Part shown: positions 9,372 to 18,291 of the stretch, one piece after another | Numbering within the stretch: position 1 is the first letter of the stretch | Layout: every line of letters starts with the position of its first letter | Assembly (NCBI GenBank): GCA_003245785.1 | Contig: QKCE01000155.1 | Location: 1 to 45,930, forward strand | Direction of reading: 5' to 3' | Origin: Spirochaetales bacterium | GTDB taxonomy: Bacteria; Spirochaetota; Spirochaetia; Treponematales; Treponemataceae | Length of the DNA: 45,930 nt | Program-made: the position numbers and the translations under genes | The notes under the pieces: generated by a model | What the model was told of the DNA's origin: nothing | Database searches by the model: none | What the model saw: the letters and a program-made list of their open reading frames with translations, nothing else

Positions 9372-9629
9372 GTGGAACACCTCCTGGGAATACTGGCCAA
9401 CCCCTTGCGTTTTCACATACTCTGCGCCCTGACCTACGGGGCCTTCACGGTCGGCGAGCTTGTGGAGCTATGCGGGGCGAACCTGTCAAACGTCAGCCAG
9501 CAGCTCAAGCTGATGTGGCTAGGGGGGATGGTTTCGAAGGAAAAGCGGGGCAAGACCGTGCATTACGCCCTTGCAGATCAGAGAATCGAAAAGCTCATTT
9601 CCGTGTTGGAGACGCTGTTCAGGCAATAA
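9372..9629 (+). CDS. ArsR/SmtB-family transcriptional regulator, BigR/SqrR-like (true start possibly 9309)
   Basis: LANPLRFHILCAL..TVGEL..SNVSQQLK..GKTVHYAL winged HTH pattern. Confidence 0.85.
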   Translation: MEHLLGILANPLRFHILCALTYGAFTVGELVELCGANLSNVSQQLKLMWLGGMVSKEKRGKTVHYALADQRIEKLISVLETLFRQ

Positions 9630-9643
9630 TTTCTTTACGCGAC

Positions 9644-9684
9644 GGGCGCGGGGGGCGTCCCCTTCGGGGCACCCTCCCGCGCCC
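9644..9684. repeat. GC-rich intergenic hairpin (terminator- or REP-like)
   Basis: GGGCGCGGG (9644-9652) pairs with CCCGCGCCC (9676-9684), with inner CCCC-TTC-GGGG; followed by TTCCCTTTATT. Confidence 0.55.
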
Positions 9685-9710
9685 TTCCCTTTATTACCGG
9701 AGGAACCACT

Positions 9711-10595
9711 ATGCCCTACGCGAGAAGGCGCCGCAGGCTCGGCGACCGTTACGACGGCAGGCGGTTGAGGACGCTCAACGCCTTTTACCAGATCACGCCT
9801 TACATAATGAGGGAAAGGTCCGACGCGCACGACTATTACGAGGACCGGGTCGATATATCGCGGACGGAAGCCTGGCTTCGGGAGCTCCGGAACCGCGGGC
9901 GCCCGGACATAGGGTATTTGCAGGTTTTCATGGCCGCGATGGTGCGAACGATCTCGCAATGGCCGAGGATCAACCGTTTCGTCGCGGGAAGGAGGATATT
10001 CGCCCGGGACAAAATCGTGCTGACCGTGGCGATCAAGAAGCAACTCCACGAGGACGGGACGGAAACCACGGTCAAGATCGAGTTCAATCCGGAAGACACC
10101 GTGTTCGACGTGTCGGACAGGATCAACGCCGCGATCGGCTTGAACAAGCTCGACGCAACCAAGAACCAGACGGACAATACGGCGTTCCTGTTCATGCTCT
10201 TCCCGCGATTCCTCATCCGCTTCCTGATATGGCTCATGCGGACCCTGGACTTTTACGGGCTCATGCCGAAGGCCGTCCACGGGGCGAGCCCGTTCCACAG
10301 CACCGCCTTCATCACCAATATGGGCTCCCTCGGAATCCAGCCGATTTACCACCATATCTACGACTTCGGTACCGTTTCGGTCTTCGTGGCGATCGGCGGC
10401 AAGGAAAAGGAGTATCGCCTCAACTCGGACGGCGAAGTCGAGGAGTTCCGGTTCATTCCGATCAAGGTCGTGAACGACGAACGGATTTGCGACGGGTATT
10501 ACTACGCGAAGGCCTTCAAGTACCTCCGGCAAATTTTCAAGAATCCCGAGATTCTCGAAAACCCGCCGGAAAGCATCGTGGAAGACGCGGACTGA
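9711..10595 (+). CDS. Stand-alone 2-oxoacid dehydrogenase E2 (acyltransferase) catalytic-domain protein
   Basis: WPRINRF, STAFITNMGSLG and C-terminal DERICDG (canonical DHRxxDG). No lipoyl domain. RBS GGAGG at 9699-9703. Confidence 0.8.
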   Translation: MPYARRRRRLGDRYDGRRLRTLNAFYQITPYIMRERSDAHDYYEDRVDISRTEAWLRELRNRGRPDIGYLQVFMAAMVRTISQWPRINRFVAGRRIFARDKIVLTVAIKKQLHEDGTETTVKIEFNPEDTVFDVSDRINAAIGLNKLDATKNQTDNTAFLFMLFPRFLIRFLIWLMRTLDFYGLMPKAVHGASPFHSTAFITNMGSLGIQPIYHHIYDFGTVSVFVAIGGKEKEYRLNSDGEVEEFRFIPIKVVNDERICDGYYYAKAFKYLRQIFKNPEILENPPESIVEDAD

Positions 10596-10596
10596 T

Positions 10597-11456
10597 TCAT
10601 TGTTGGACGGAAGCCGGCGAATTGCCGCCTTTCGCCGCTTGTTTCGCCGACGGGGGGATTCGCGTTTTCTCGGAAATTCGGCTCAAGGTGCCGTTACGCT
10701 CAAGAAGGTCCATCTTCGAGTCGAATTCTTTCGCCACCCCCGTGTCGGCGCTTCGTTTCGAAAACGCGAGGTACGTGGGTATGCTTTCGAGGGGCGGGAA
10801 CAATTCCCAAATTTTTGACTGTACGCCCTCTTCCCTCGCGAGGGTCCATAACACGACCCGGGGCCCAACGATCAGGTCGACGCGTCCGTAAATGAGCATG
10901 AAAAGGTTTTGTCGATGCTCGGCGACCGCCACCAAATTCTTCAGGGTGCCGGAGGCCACCGCGGCATCGTACAACGTACCGTTTTTCGAACCCTGAATCA
11001 TCCCGAATAAGTAGCCCCCCAGCTTTCCAAAGTCTCCGTCGAACCGAATGCCGGAATCGGCGGCGACGAAAAGCGAAACGTCCGCGTACAGGAGGCAATG
11101 GGTCGGAAATATGGCGAACTGTTCCCGGTCTTCCGTTTTTACGACGCCGAAGAAGCCGTCCGCTTCTCCCGCGTTAACCATGGCGCAAGCCCGCGCGAGA
11201 GGAACTATCTCTACGGTAATCAGCCGCCCCATAAGATCGAGGCGGCATTGACTATGTCCACGTAAATACCCGCCGGCTTCCCGTTTATCAGGTAGGAATA
11301 GGGTTCGTACGGCGGCGCGACCAGACGTAGGGCTTTTTCCTCGGCCGCCAGTCCGGTATGGGCGTAAAGGGCCAGGAGGCAGCATATGACCGCCCTTGAA
11401 ATTAATCGCGCCCTCGTTCCCCGGAAAACAACTTTCGATACGGATTTTGGAGACAT
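10597..11456 (-). pseudogene. Frameshifted family-3-like periplasmic solute-binding protein
   Basis: Signal peptide plus PPYEPYSY..GKPAGIYVDIV in ORF 11220-11456 continues in another frame as LDLMG..PLARA..GEADG..REQFAIF..GRVDL..YLAFSK. One base is missing near 11240-11242. Confidence 0.75.
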
Positions 11457-11510
11457 CGTGGGCAGGCCTCCGCCTTAGCGACGCAATGACCGCGCGCGCT
11501 ACAACAATGA

Positions 11511-11539
11511 ATTATAAGCCGCGCCTTCACTAAATGCAA
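11511..11539 (-). promoter_or_regulatory. Sigma70-type promoter for the solute-binding protein gene
   Basis: TTGCAT-17 nt-TATAAT on the minus strand. Confidence 0.65.
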
Positions 11540-11661
11540 AGCGAAGAAACCTTATGGGAGTAAGCGGAAAGAACGTGCGGGTTTGCGAAAGGAGTCTGCG
11601 TCGATATTCGGGGCAGCCTGCCCGATGGCATCGCTCGCTCCCGGCCAAGGCCTCGCTCTTC

Positions 11662-11696
11662 AAAAAAAAAGCCGCCCGGCACTCCGGGCGGCTTTT
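11662..11696 (-). terminator. Rho-independent terminator of the V-ATPase operon
   Basis: Perfect 9-bp stem GCCGCCCGG/CCGGGCGGC with a 4-nt loop, followed by T9 on the minus strand, about 30 nt after the atpK stop. Confidence 0.9.
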
Positions 11697-11726
11697 ACGT
11701 TGAATCCTTATCGACGCCGGCTTCCG

Positions 11727-12155
11727 TTACACCGTGATGAATCCGAAAACCATCGTGAAAAGCGCGACGGTTTCGCAAAGGCCGACGATGGTGATGTACT
11801 GGCTGAAACCCTTTCCGGTTTCGCCGAGGGCGTCCGAGCCGCCGGCGCTGGCCTTGCCCTGCGCGATGGCCGAGAACGCGATGGCGAGGCCGCCGGCGAT
11901 GCCGAGACCGAGCAGGAGGAAGGGATCCTTCTGGGAGGTCAGCATGCGGCTCATCAAGAGGTAGCCGTAAATCGTCTGGGTAAGCGGGGCGCCCGCGAAC
12001 GCGACGAGAAGGAAGGGGGCGGGCTTGTTATTCATGTAGCAGCGCTTCCACGCGCCGATGGTCGCCTGGCCGGCGATGCCGAGGCCGATGGCCGACCCGA
12101 GGGCCGAGATTCCGAGAGCCGCGGCGGCGCCAAACATTCCGAAATTAAAGTCCAT
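11727..12155 (-). CDS. atpK: V/A-type ATPase subunit K (4-TM proteolipid)
   Basis: GSAIG.G.AG, PLTQTIYG, SAIAQG and CETVALF. Confidence 0.93.
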   Translation of the reverse strand: MDFNFGMFGAAAALGISALGSAIGLGIAGQATIGAWKRCYMNNKPAPFLLVAFAGAPLTQTIYGYLLMSRMLTSQKDPFLLLGLGIAGGLAIAFSAIAQGKASAGGSDALGETGKGFSQYITIVGLCETVALFTMVFGFITV

Positions 12156-12159
12156 AACG

Positions 12160-14037
12160 TTACTCCTGTTTGTGTGCCGTTTCTGCGAACGGCTCGTATT
12201 TGAAGCCCGACCATGTCAGGCTCAGGTGGTTGGAAAACTCCAGCGTGTTGAGACGCACGCCGTGCACGATGACGGAAAGCACGTTCATGATGTAATTCAA
12301 GCCGTGCCCGAACGCGAGAAGGAGGATGCCGAGAAGGAAGAATAGCCCGCCGAACATAGGCCCCGCCATGGAATTAACGGTCGCGCTGATCGCGCCGCCC
12401 GCCATGCCGACCGCCCAAAGGCGGATATAGCTCATGATGTCGCCGAACACGTTCACCACCCCCAGGAACATCGTGATGATGTTCTTGAGGCTTTCGAGGA
12501 AGCCCTTCCCCACGCTTCCCGCGTAGTTGATGAAGCCGAAATTGAGCGCGAAACCCACGCCCACGAGGAGCAGTACCGGCGTGGAAAGCGGGTACTTTTC
12601 CGCGTCCACGACCATGTTCAGCACCACGAAATACATTCCGACCGTCATTCCGAGCGCGCCGAACTCTCCCAGGGCCTTCAGGGATTTCTCCCTCGCGTTC
12701 CGTATTACGCCGATTACGTGGGCCAGCGAAAGCTGAACCAGGCCGAGGGTAAAGCAGAACACCTTGATGTTCGCCCCGGCGCGGTCGGGATCGACGCTCG
12801 AGAACGCGGGCAGCGCGATCTGCCGGAAGAGCTCCGGAAGGCTGTTCGCGTCTATGCCGAACCAGGTACAGGTAATCGTGCCCCAGGCCACGGTCATGAG
12901 GCCAAGGTACAGGAACATGTACAGTCCCGTCGGGACCTTCTTGCCGCCCTTCCCCGTGAGGCCGATGCCCACGAGGGACAGAACCGCCAGGATCGCGCCG
13001 TAGCCGGCGTCCCCGAAGATCATCGCGAAGAAAATCCCGAAGAAGAGCACGAACCACAGGGAAATGTCGAGCTCGCGGTAACCCGGCACGATGCCGAGAA
13101 ACTCGAGCAGGGGCGAAATGAGGTTCACGAAGCGGTTGTTCCGGAGTTGGGTGGGGACGGGATCGTCCTCCGCCGGGTCGTCCGCGACGAGTCCCCAGCC
13201 GTTCGCCGCCGCGGCTTCGGCCAGCGCGGCGAGCCGCGAGGCCGGAAGGTATCCCGAAAGCCACGCGAGGTCCGCGTTTTTCACGAGGGAGGAACCCTCC
13301 TGGAACGAAACCCTTTCCATGCCCGCGCTCACCGTGGCGAACTCGAGCTCCTTCAATACCGCCGCCTTCAGGGCGACAAGGGCAGGAAGGAAGGGCGTAT
13401 CGTCCTTAAGCCGCTCCTCGAAAAGGGGAAGCGCCTTAAGCTCCCGCTCGACCTCGTGGCGGATATCCTTGGTGGAACGGGCGGGCAGGCTCAGTTCCCT
13501 GGCCGACTCGGGCAGTCCGTCGTGAAGGAGGTCATCCTCGGCCCAAAGCACGCATTTCACTGATTTTTTCGCGCGGGAAAGCTCGATGCGGCTGATCGTC
13601 GCCGGCAGAGAGTCGTACGCGGCTTCCGGCATCTCGAACGGAAACAGGTAGATGCCCTTCTGCGCGAGCCAGTCGAAGCCGGCCGGGTCCACCTCTCCCC
13701 AGCCCTCGAGCCGCTCGAGTTCGCGGGAATCCTGGATGACCAGGTCTTCGACGACCTTTTTCTCTTCCAGTACGGTGATTATCCGGTCGACGATCTTCAT
13801 CGCTTCCCCGCGGCCGAGGGGTTTCCTGTGGGCCTTTTTCGGGTCCGGCTTGAATTCCTCCAGCGCGCCGATCGCCTGGTCCACTCTCGAGACCAGGTTC
13901 TGGATTTCCACGGTGACCTGGGTGTTGGACCGCATGTTCTCCACGTGGAGCACGCCGAGGGCGCGGAGCTTCGCGAGCGCCGCCTCCCGGTCCTTGTCCA
14001 TGACGAGAAGGGTCGCCTTTTTCATCGGTACGATCAT
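12160..14037 (-). CDS. atpI: V/A-type ATPase subunit I
   Basis: MIVPMKK start with ATGA overlap on the atpD stop; [31 protein letters not shown] and [10 protein letters not shown]. Confidence 0.93.
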   Translation of the reverse strand: MIVPMKKATLLVMDKDREAALAKLRALGVLHVENMRSNTQVTVEIQNLVSRVDQAIGALEEFKPDPKKAHRKPLGRGEAMKIVDRIITVLEEKKVVEDLVIQDSRELERLEGWGEVDPAGFDWLAQKGIYLFPFEMPEAAYDSLPATISRIELSRAKKSVKCVLWAEDDLLHDGLPESARELSLPARSTKDIRHEVERELKALPLFEERLKDDTPFLPALVALKAAVLKELEFATVSAGMERVSFQEGSSLVKNADLAWLSGYLPASRLAALAEAAAANGWGLVADDPAEDDPVPTQLRNNRFVNLISPLLEFLGIVPGYRELDISLWFVLFFGIFFAMIFGDAGYGAILAVLSLVGIGLTGKGGKKVPTGLYMFLYLGLMTVAWGTITCTWFGIDANSLPELFRQIALPAFSSVDPDRAGANIKVFCFTLGLVQLSLAHVIGVIRNAREKSLKALGEFGALGMTVGMYFVVLNMVVDAEKYPLSTPVLLLVGVGFALNFGFINYAGSVGKGFLESLKNIITMFLGVVNVFGDIMSYIRLWAVGMAGGAISATVNSMAGPMFGGLFFLLGILLLAFGHGLNYIMNVLSVIVHGVRLNTLEFSNHLSLTWSGFKYEPFAETAHKQE

Positions 14038-14645
14038 GCGCGAGCCTCCACGTTTCCGGCCTCGAGATTTTTCTTGGATATCTTGCCGCGCACCACAGCC
14101 GCGACCTGCTGGTCGCCGAGATACACGGTAATCTTCTTGATGTTCGACCTGGTCTCGGGAATCTTGACCTTTTCGAACAGGTTGACGCGCTGCGTGGTGG
14201 TGCGGAGCTCCTGCTGGAGGAGCCGTACCTGCTCGTCGAGAACCTTCGCCTCGAGATCGAGGGACAACACCTTCTCGAGGCGGTCGGCCGCGGTGTCGAC
14301 CCACAGCGGTACGCTGTAGAGGTCGTACGCCTCGCGCTCGAACTCGACCCCGTCGAATATCGGGATCGAGACGCCCGCGATGTTGCCGGTGGAGGTATTC
14401 ACCTCCCTCACCTCGAGGGTTTCCGGCGCGAAGGCGCCGGCCTCGCCGAATACCGCGATCCAGGCCTGGAACTCGGCGTTTAGGCGATCCCTCCTCGAGC
14501 GGACCTCCCGGGCCCGGTTCTCGATCGTGCGTATCTCGGTCTGCAGCTGCTGTTTCTTGAGCTGTAGGGTCGGAAGGTAGCGCCTGTACATTTTCAGGCT
14601 TTCCTTCTGGGCCTTCAGCTCGTTTTTAGTCAGCTTGATAGCCAT
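14034..14645 (-). CDS. atpD: V/A-type ATPase subunit D
   Basis: [17 protein letters not shown] and [19 protein letters not shown]. Confidence 0.95.
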   Translation of the reverse strand: MAIKLTKNELKAQKESLKMYRRYLPTLQLKKQQLQTEIRTIENRAREVRSRRDRLNAEFQAWIAVFGEAGAFAPETLEVREVNTSTGNIAGVSIPIFDGVEFEREAYDLYSVPLWVDTAADRLEKVLSLDLEAKVLDEQVRLLQQELRTTTQRVNLFEKVKIPETRSNIKKITVYLGDQQVAAVVRGKISKKNLEAGNVEARA

Positions 14646-14657
14646 TCTGCCCTACCC

Positions 14658-15950
14658 TTATTTTCCCCAGTATTGCTGGACGAGATCCGACTTGATGCCG
14701 GTCTCTTCGGGATTGAAGCACGCGGAAAGGATCTTCCAGCCCGCGTCCAGTGCCTGCTCGAGGGGGATGTTTACCGTGAGGTCCATCATCTGGCTCTCGA
14801 ACAAGGCGCCGAACTTGAGGAGCTTCGAGTCCCATTCCGACATCATGAATCCCATGGACTTTTTCTCGAGCGTATCCTTGTACGCGGAATACAGCTTGAT
14901 CATGTTGTCCATGAGGGCCCGGTGGTCGCTTCGGGTCTTGCCGTTCACGTTCTGCTTGAGGCGCGAGAGGCTTCCGAAGGGCTCGATGCGCCCGTTCTTC
15001 AGGTAGAACTGACCCTCGGTGATGTAGCCCGTGTTGTCCGGGACCGGGTGGGTCACGTCGTCGCCGGGCATGGTGGTAACCGCGAGGATCGTTACCGAGC
15101 CCGCGTCGTCGAAGTCGACGGCCTTTTCGTAGCGGGCCGCGAGCTGGCTGTAAAGGTCGCCCGGGTAACCGCGGTTCGAGGGGACCTGCTCCTGGATGAT
15201 GGCGATTTCCTTCATCGCGTCGGCGAAGTTCGTCATGTCGGTGAGCAGGACGAGCACGTTCTTGCCCTGGAGGGCGAACTGCTCTGCGACGGCCAGGCAC
15301 ATGTCCGGGATCATGAGGCATTCTACGGTCGGGTCGGCCGCCGTATGCACGAACATGGCCGTGCGGCTCATGGCGCCCGCTTCCTCGAGGGTATCGCGGA
15401 AGAAGAGGTAGTCGTCGTACTTGAGGCCCATGCCGCCGAGGACGATGACGTCGACTTCCGCCTGCATCGCGATGCGGGCGAGGAGCTCGTTGTAGGGCTC
15501 GCCGGAGCTCGAGAAAATCGGGAGCTTCTGCGACACGACGAGGGTGTTGAACACGTCGATCATCGGGATGCCGGTGCGGATCATGCGCTTGGCTATGATG
15601 CGCTTGGAGGGGTTTACCGAGGGGCCGCCGATGGGCACCAGGTTGTCCTTGAGGGCGGGACCCGAGTCGCGGGGCTCGCCGGAACCGGTGAAGATGCGCC
15701 CCAGGAGGTTCTCGGAGAAGCTGACCCGCATCTCGTTCCCGAGGAAGCGGATCTTGTCGCCCGTGGAAACGCCACGGCCGCCCGCGAAGACCTGCAGGGA
15801 AACGAGGTCGCCCGAGAGCTTGTTCACCTCCGCGAGGGAGGCGCCGAAGGCCGTCTCGATTTCCGCGAGCTCGCCGTACTTGACCCCGTCCGCCTTGACC
15901 GTGATGACCGATCCGTTGATCGATTCGATCTTGCTGTATACCTTTTTCAT
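14658..15950 (-). CDS. atpB: V/A-type ATPase subunit B
   Basis: [46 protein letters not shown] and [15 protein letters not shown]. Confidence 0.96.
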   Translation of the reverse strand: MKKVYSKIESINGSVITVKADGVKYGELAEIETAFGASLAEVNKLSGDLVSLQVFAGGRGVSTGDKIRFLGNEMRVSFSENLLGRIFTGSGEPRDSGPALKDNLVPIGGPSVNPSKRIIAKRMIRTGIPMIDVFNTLVVSQKLPIFSSSGEPYNELLARIAMQAEVDVIVLGGMGLKYDDYLFFRDTLEEAGAMSRTAMFVHTAADPTVECLMIPDMCLAVAEQFALQGKNVLVLLTDMTNFADAMKEIAIIQEQVPSNRGYPGDLYSQLAARYEKAVDFDDAGSVTILAVTTMPGDDVTHPVPDNTGYITEGQFYLKNGRIEPFGSLSRLKQNVNGKTRSDHRALMDNMIKLYSAYKDTLEKKSMGFMMSEWDSKLLKFGALFESQMMDLTVNIPLEQALDAGWKILSACFNPEETGIKSDLVQQYWGK

Positions 15951-15953
15951 GTC

Positions 15954-17741
15954 TTATACCGCCTTTCCGTCCGCGGTCACGCGGTCCATGAGTTTTTCGG
16001 CGTCCCCGTCGAGGCTTTCCGCCTTGTCTTCGAGGGAGGCGCGTATTTCGGCTTCCATCTTGGCGAAGGCGTCCGACTTCCAGGCCGAGTAATTGCAATC
16101 GATGAATTTCATGCGGGTCTGGTTAAACCACGCGCGGGCCTCGTCCTTGGTTTCGAAGGAGAACTGGGTTCCGAGAATCTCGATGATGACCCGGAACATA
16201 TGCTTCTGCCGCTCGATACCGACGGCGGCGTCGACCTCGTCGAAGGAGTTCTGCTGGAGGTACACCGCGTCGAGGAAGTCGCCCTTCAGGTAGACCACGA
16301 AGTCATCGAGACTCGTGCCCTCCTCGCCGACGACCTTCATCATCTGCTCGACCTCGGTGCCCCGGCGAAGGAACTTCCTCGCGTAGGCTACCGCCTGGGA
16401 ATCGATGACGGAGGCGTATTTGGACCAGGAGTCCAGGGGGTGAATGGCGGGATACTTGCGGGCGTCGGAGCGCTCGCGGGAGAGCCCGTGGAAGGCGCCG
16501 ACGACCTTGAGGGTCGCCTGGGTTACCGGCTCCTCGAAGTTGCCGCCCGCGGGGGACACCGTACCGCCGATGGTGACGGAACCAACGCTGCCGTCCCTGA
16601 GCCTCACGATGCCCGCGCGTTCGTAGAACGCGGCGATATAGGACTCGAGGTAGGCGGGGAAGGCTTCCTCTCCCGGGATCTCCTCGAGGCGACCCGACAT
16701 TTCACGGAGCGCCTGGGCCCAGCGGCTCGTGGAATCCGCGAGGAGGAGCACGTCGAGACCCATCTGGCGGTAGTATTCGGCAAGGGTCACTCCCGTATAC
16801 ACGGAAGCCTCGCGGGACGCGACCGGCATCGACGAGGTATTGCAAATGATGATCGTGCGTTCCATGAGGGAGCGCCCGGTACGGGGATCGGTGAGTTCGG
16901 GGAATTCCTTGAGGGTTTCGACGACTTCGCCTGCGCGCTCGCCGCAGGCGGCGATGATCACTATGTCAACTTCGGCGTGGCGGCTCGTGGTGTGCTGGAG
17001 CACGGTCTTGCCCGCGCCGAAGGGACCGGGGATGCAGTACGTGCCGCCCTTCGCGACCGGGAAGAAGGTGTCGATGGACCTGGTCTTCGTGGGCAGGGTC
17101 TCGGTCGGCTTCATGCGTTCGGCGTAGCAGTCGATGGCGCGCTTGACCGGCCAGTTGAAGCTCATGGTCACCGGCAATACCTTACCCCGTGAATCTTCCA
17201 GTTCCGCGATCGTGTCCTTGAGGGTGTAGCTTCCGGCGGGCTTCATGGACTTTACGGTGTACGAGTCGAGGAAGGTAAACGGCACCATGATGCGGTGGGT
17301 GAAACTGCCCTCGGGAACGGTTCCGAGAGTGTCCGCCCGGGCTACCTTGTCGCCCGCCTTCGCGACCGGGGTAAACTCCCACTTTTTCTCCACGGGCAAC
17401 GGGGCGAGATACATGCCCCGCTCCAGGAAGTAACCCGCCTTGGCGGCGAGGTCCGGCAAGGGGTTCTGAAGCCCGTCGTATACCTGGCCGAGAAGTCCCG
17501 GTCCCAGTTCCACCGAGAGAAGGTTCCCGGTGAACTCGAGCTCGTCGCCTATCTCGATGCCCTTGGTGATCTCGAAAACCTGAAGCTGCGCGACTTCGCC
17601 GCGGATGCGGATGACCTCGCTCTTCAGTTTGCGGTCGCCGACCTGAACGTAGCCTACCTCGTTAAGGGCAACGATGCCGTCGAACCTGACGCTGATCATG
17701 TTGCCGTTGACGGCGACTACCTTTCCTTTTGTATCCGTCAT
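15954..17741 (-). CDS. atpA: V/A-type ATPase subunit A
   Basis: Walker A GPFGAGKT, CGERAGE, CNTSSMPVASREAS, DSTSRWAQALRE.SGRLEEIPGEEAFPAYL. Start set at ATG 17741 behind GGAG. Confidence 0.96.
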   Translation of the reverse strand: MTDTKGKVVAVNGNMISVRFDGIVALNEVGYVQVGDRKLKSEVIRIRGEVAQLQVFEITKGIEIGDELEFTGNLLSVELGPGLLGQVYDGLQNPLPDLAAKAGYFLERGMYLAPLPVEKKWEFTPVAKAGDKVARADTLGTVPEGSFTHRIMVPFTFLDSYTVKSMKPAGSYTLKDTIAELEDSRGKVLPVTMSFNWPVKRAIDCYAERMKPTETLPTKTRSIDTFFPVAKGGTYCIPGPFGAGKTVLQHTTSRHAEVDIVIIAACGERAGEVVETLKEFPELTDPRTGRSLMERTIIICNTSSMPVASREASVYTGVTLAEYYRQMGLDVLLLADSTSRWAQALREMSGRLEEIPGEEAFPAYLESYIAAFYERAGIVRLRDGSVGSVTIGGTVSPAGGNFEEPVTQATLKVVGAFHGLSRERSDARKYPAIHPLDSWSKYASVIDSQAVAYARKFLRRGTEVEQMMKVVGEEGTSLDDFVVYLKGDFLDAVYLQQNSFDEVDAAVGIERQKHMFRVIIEILGTQFSFETKDEARAWFNQTRMKFIDCNYSAWKSDAFAKMEAEIRASLEDKAESLDGDAEKLMDRVTADGKAV

Positions 17742-17742
17742 G

Positions 17743-18288
17743 CTATTCTCCAAGAATCTGGTTATATATGGTGGTATATGATGCGCTGCCGGCCTCGGCG
17801 CTGAACCGGGCCTCCCGTTCGTGCAGGAGCAACATAAGCCCGTAGGCGAAGACCGCCTCCGAATCGAAAGAATGGGTCCCGAGGAGCTCGGAAACGTAGG
17901 ACGCCCTCGCCTTGTCCAGGTACCGCTCTGCTTCCAGGGGATCGTCGAAGGAAGACGCGGTACGCGCGACGGCGGCGGTTTCAGCCGCCTCGTTGATGAG
18001 GGCGTCCTCCAGGCCGGAAGCGTTTATGTCCCGCTTCAGCCTCGAGGCCCGTATCCGCTCGAGGGACAGCCTCAAACCCCTCTCGCGGAGGTACCACCTG
18101 TCCAGGAAGCCCGAGCCGGTCTTCCCGGGTACCCTCGGGGGTTCAAGGGACAGTTTCGAGAGGACTTCGCGGTCCTTGCGGTTCAGGAACCGCTCGGCGG
18201 TTTCCCTGAACGCCTCGTACGTGATGGACACCGGCGCCCCGGGCACGATCCCCGGGAGCTGCGCCATCAGGTAATAATATCCGGCCAC
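17743..18288 (-). CDS. V/A-type ATPase short subunit C-like protein (DUF2764-like)
   Basis: YYYLMAQLP start, F..EAVFAY..L.L.ER pattern, and position between E and A as in spirochete operons. Confidence 0.8.
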   Translation of the reverse strand: MAGYYYLMAQLPGIVPGAPVSITYEAFRETAERFLNRKDREVLSKLSLEPPRVPGKTGSGFLDRWYLRERGLRLSLERIRASRLKRDINASGLEDALINEAAETAAVARTASSFDDPLEAERYLDKARASYVSELLGTHSFDSEAVFAYGLMLLLHEREARFSAEAGSASYTTIYNQILGE

Positions 18289-18291
18289 CGT

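Noticed and set aside
11236-11246. Programmed ribosomal frameshift or phase variation in the solute-binding gene
   Set aside because: No slippery heptamer or homopolymer tract at the junction.
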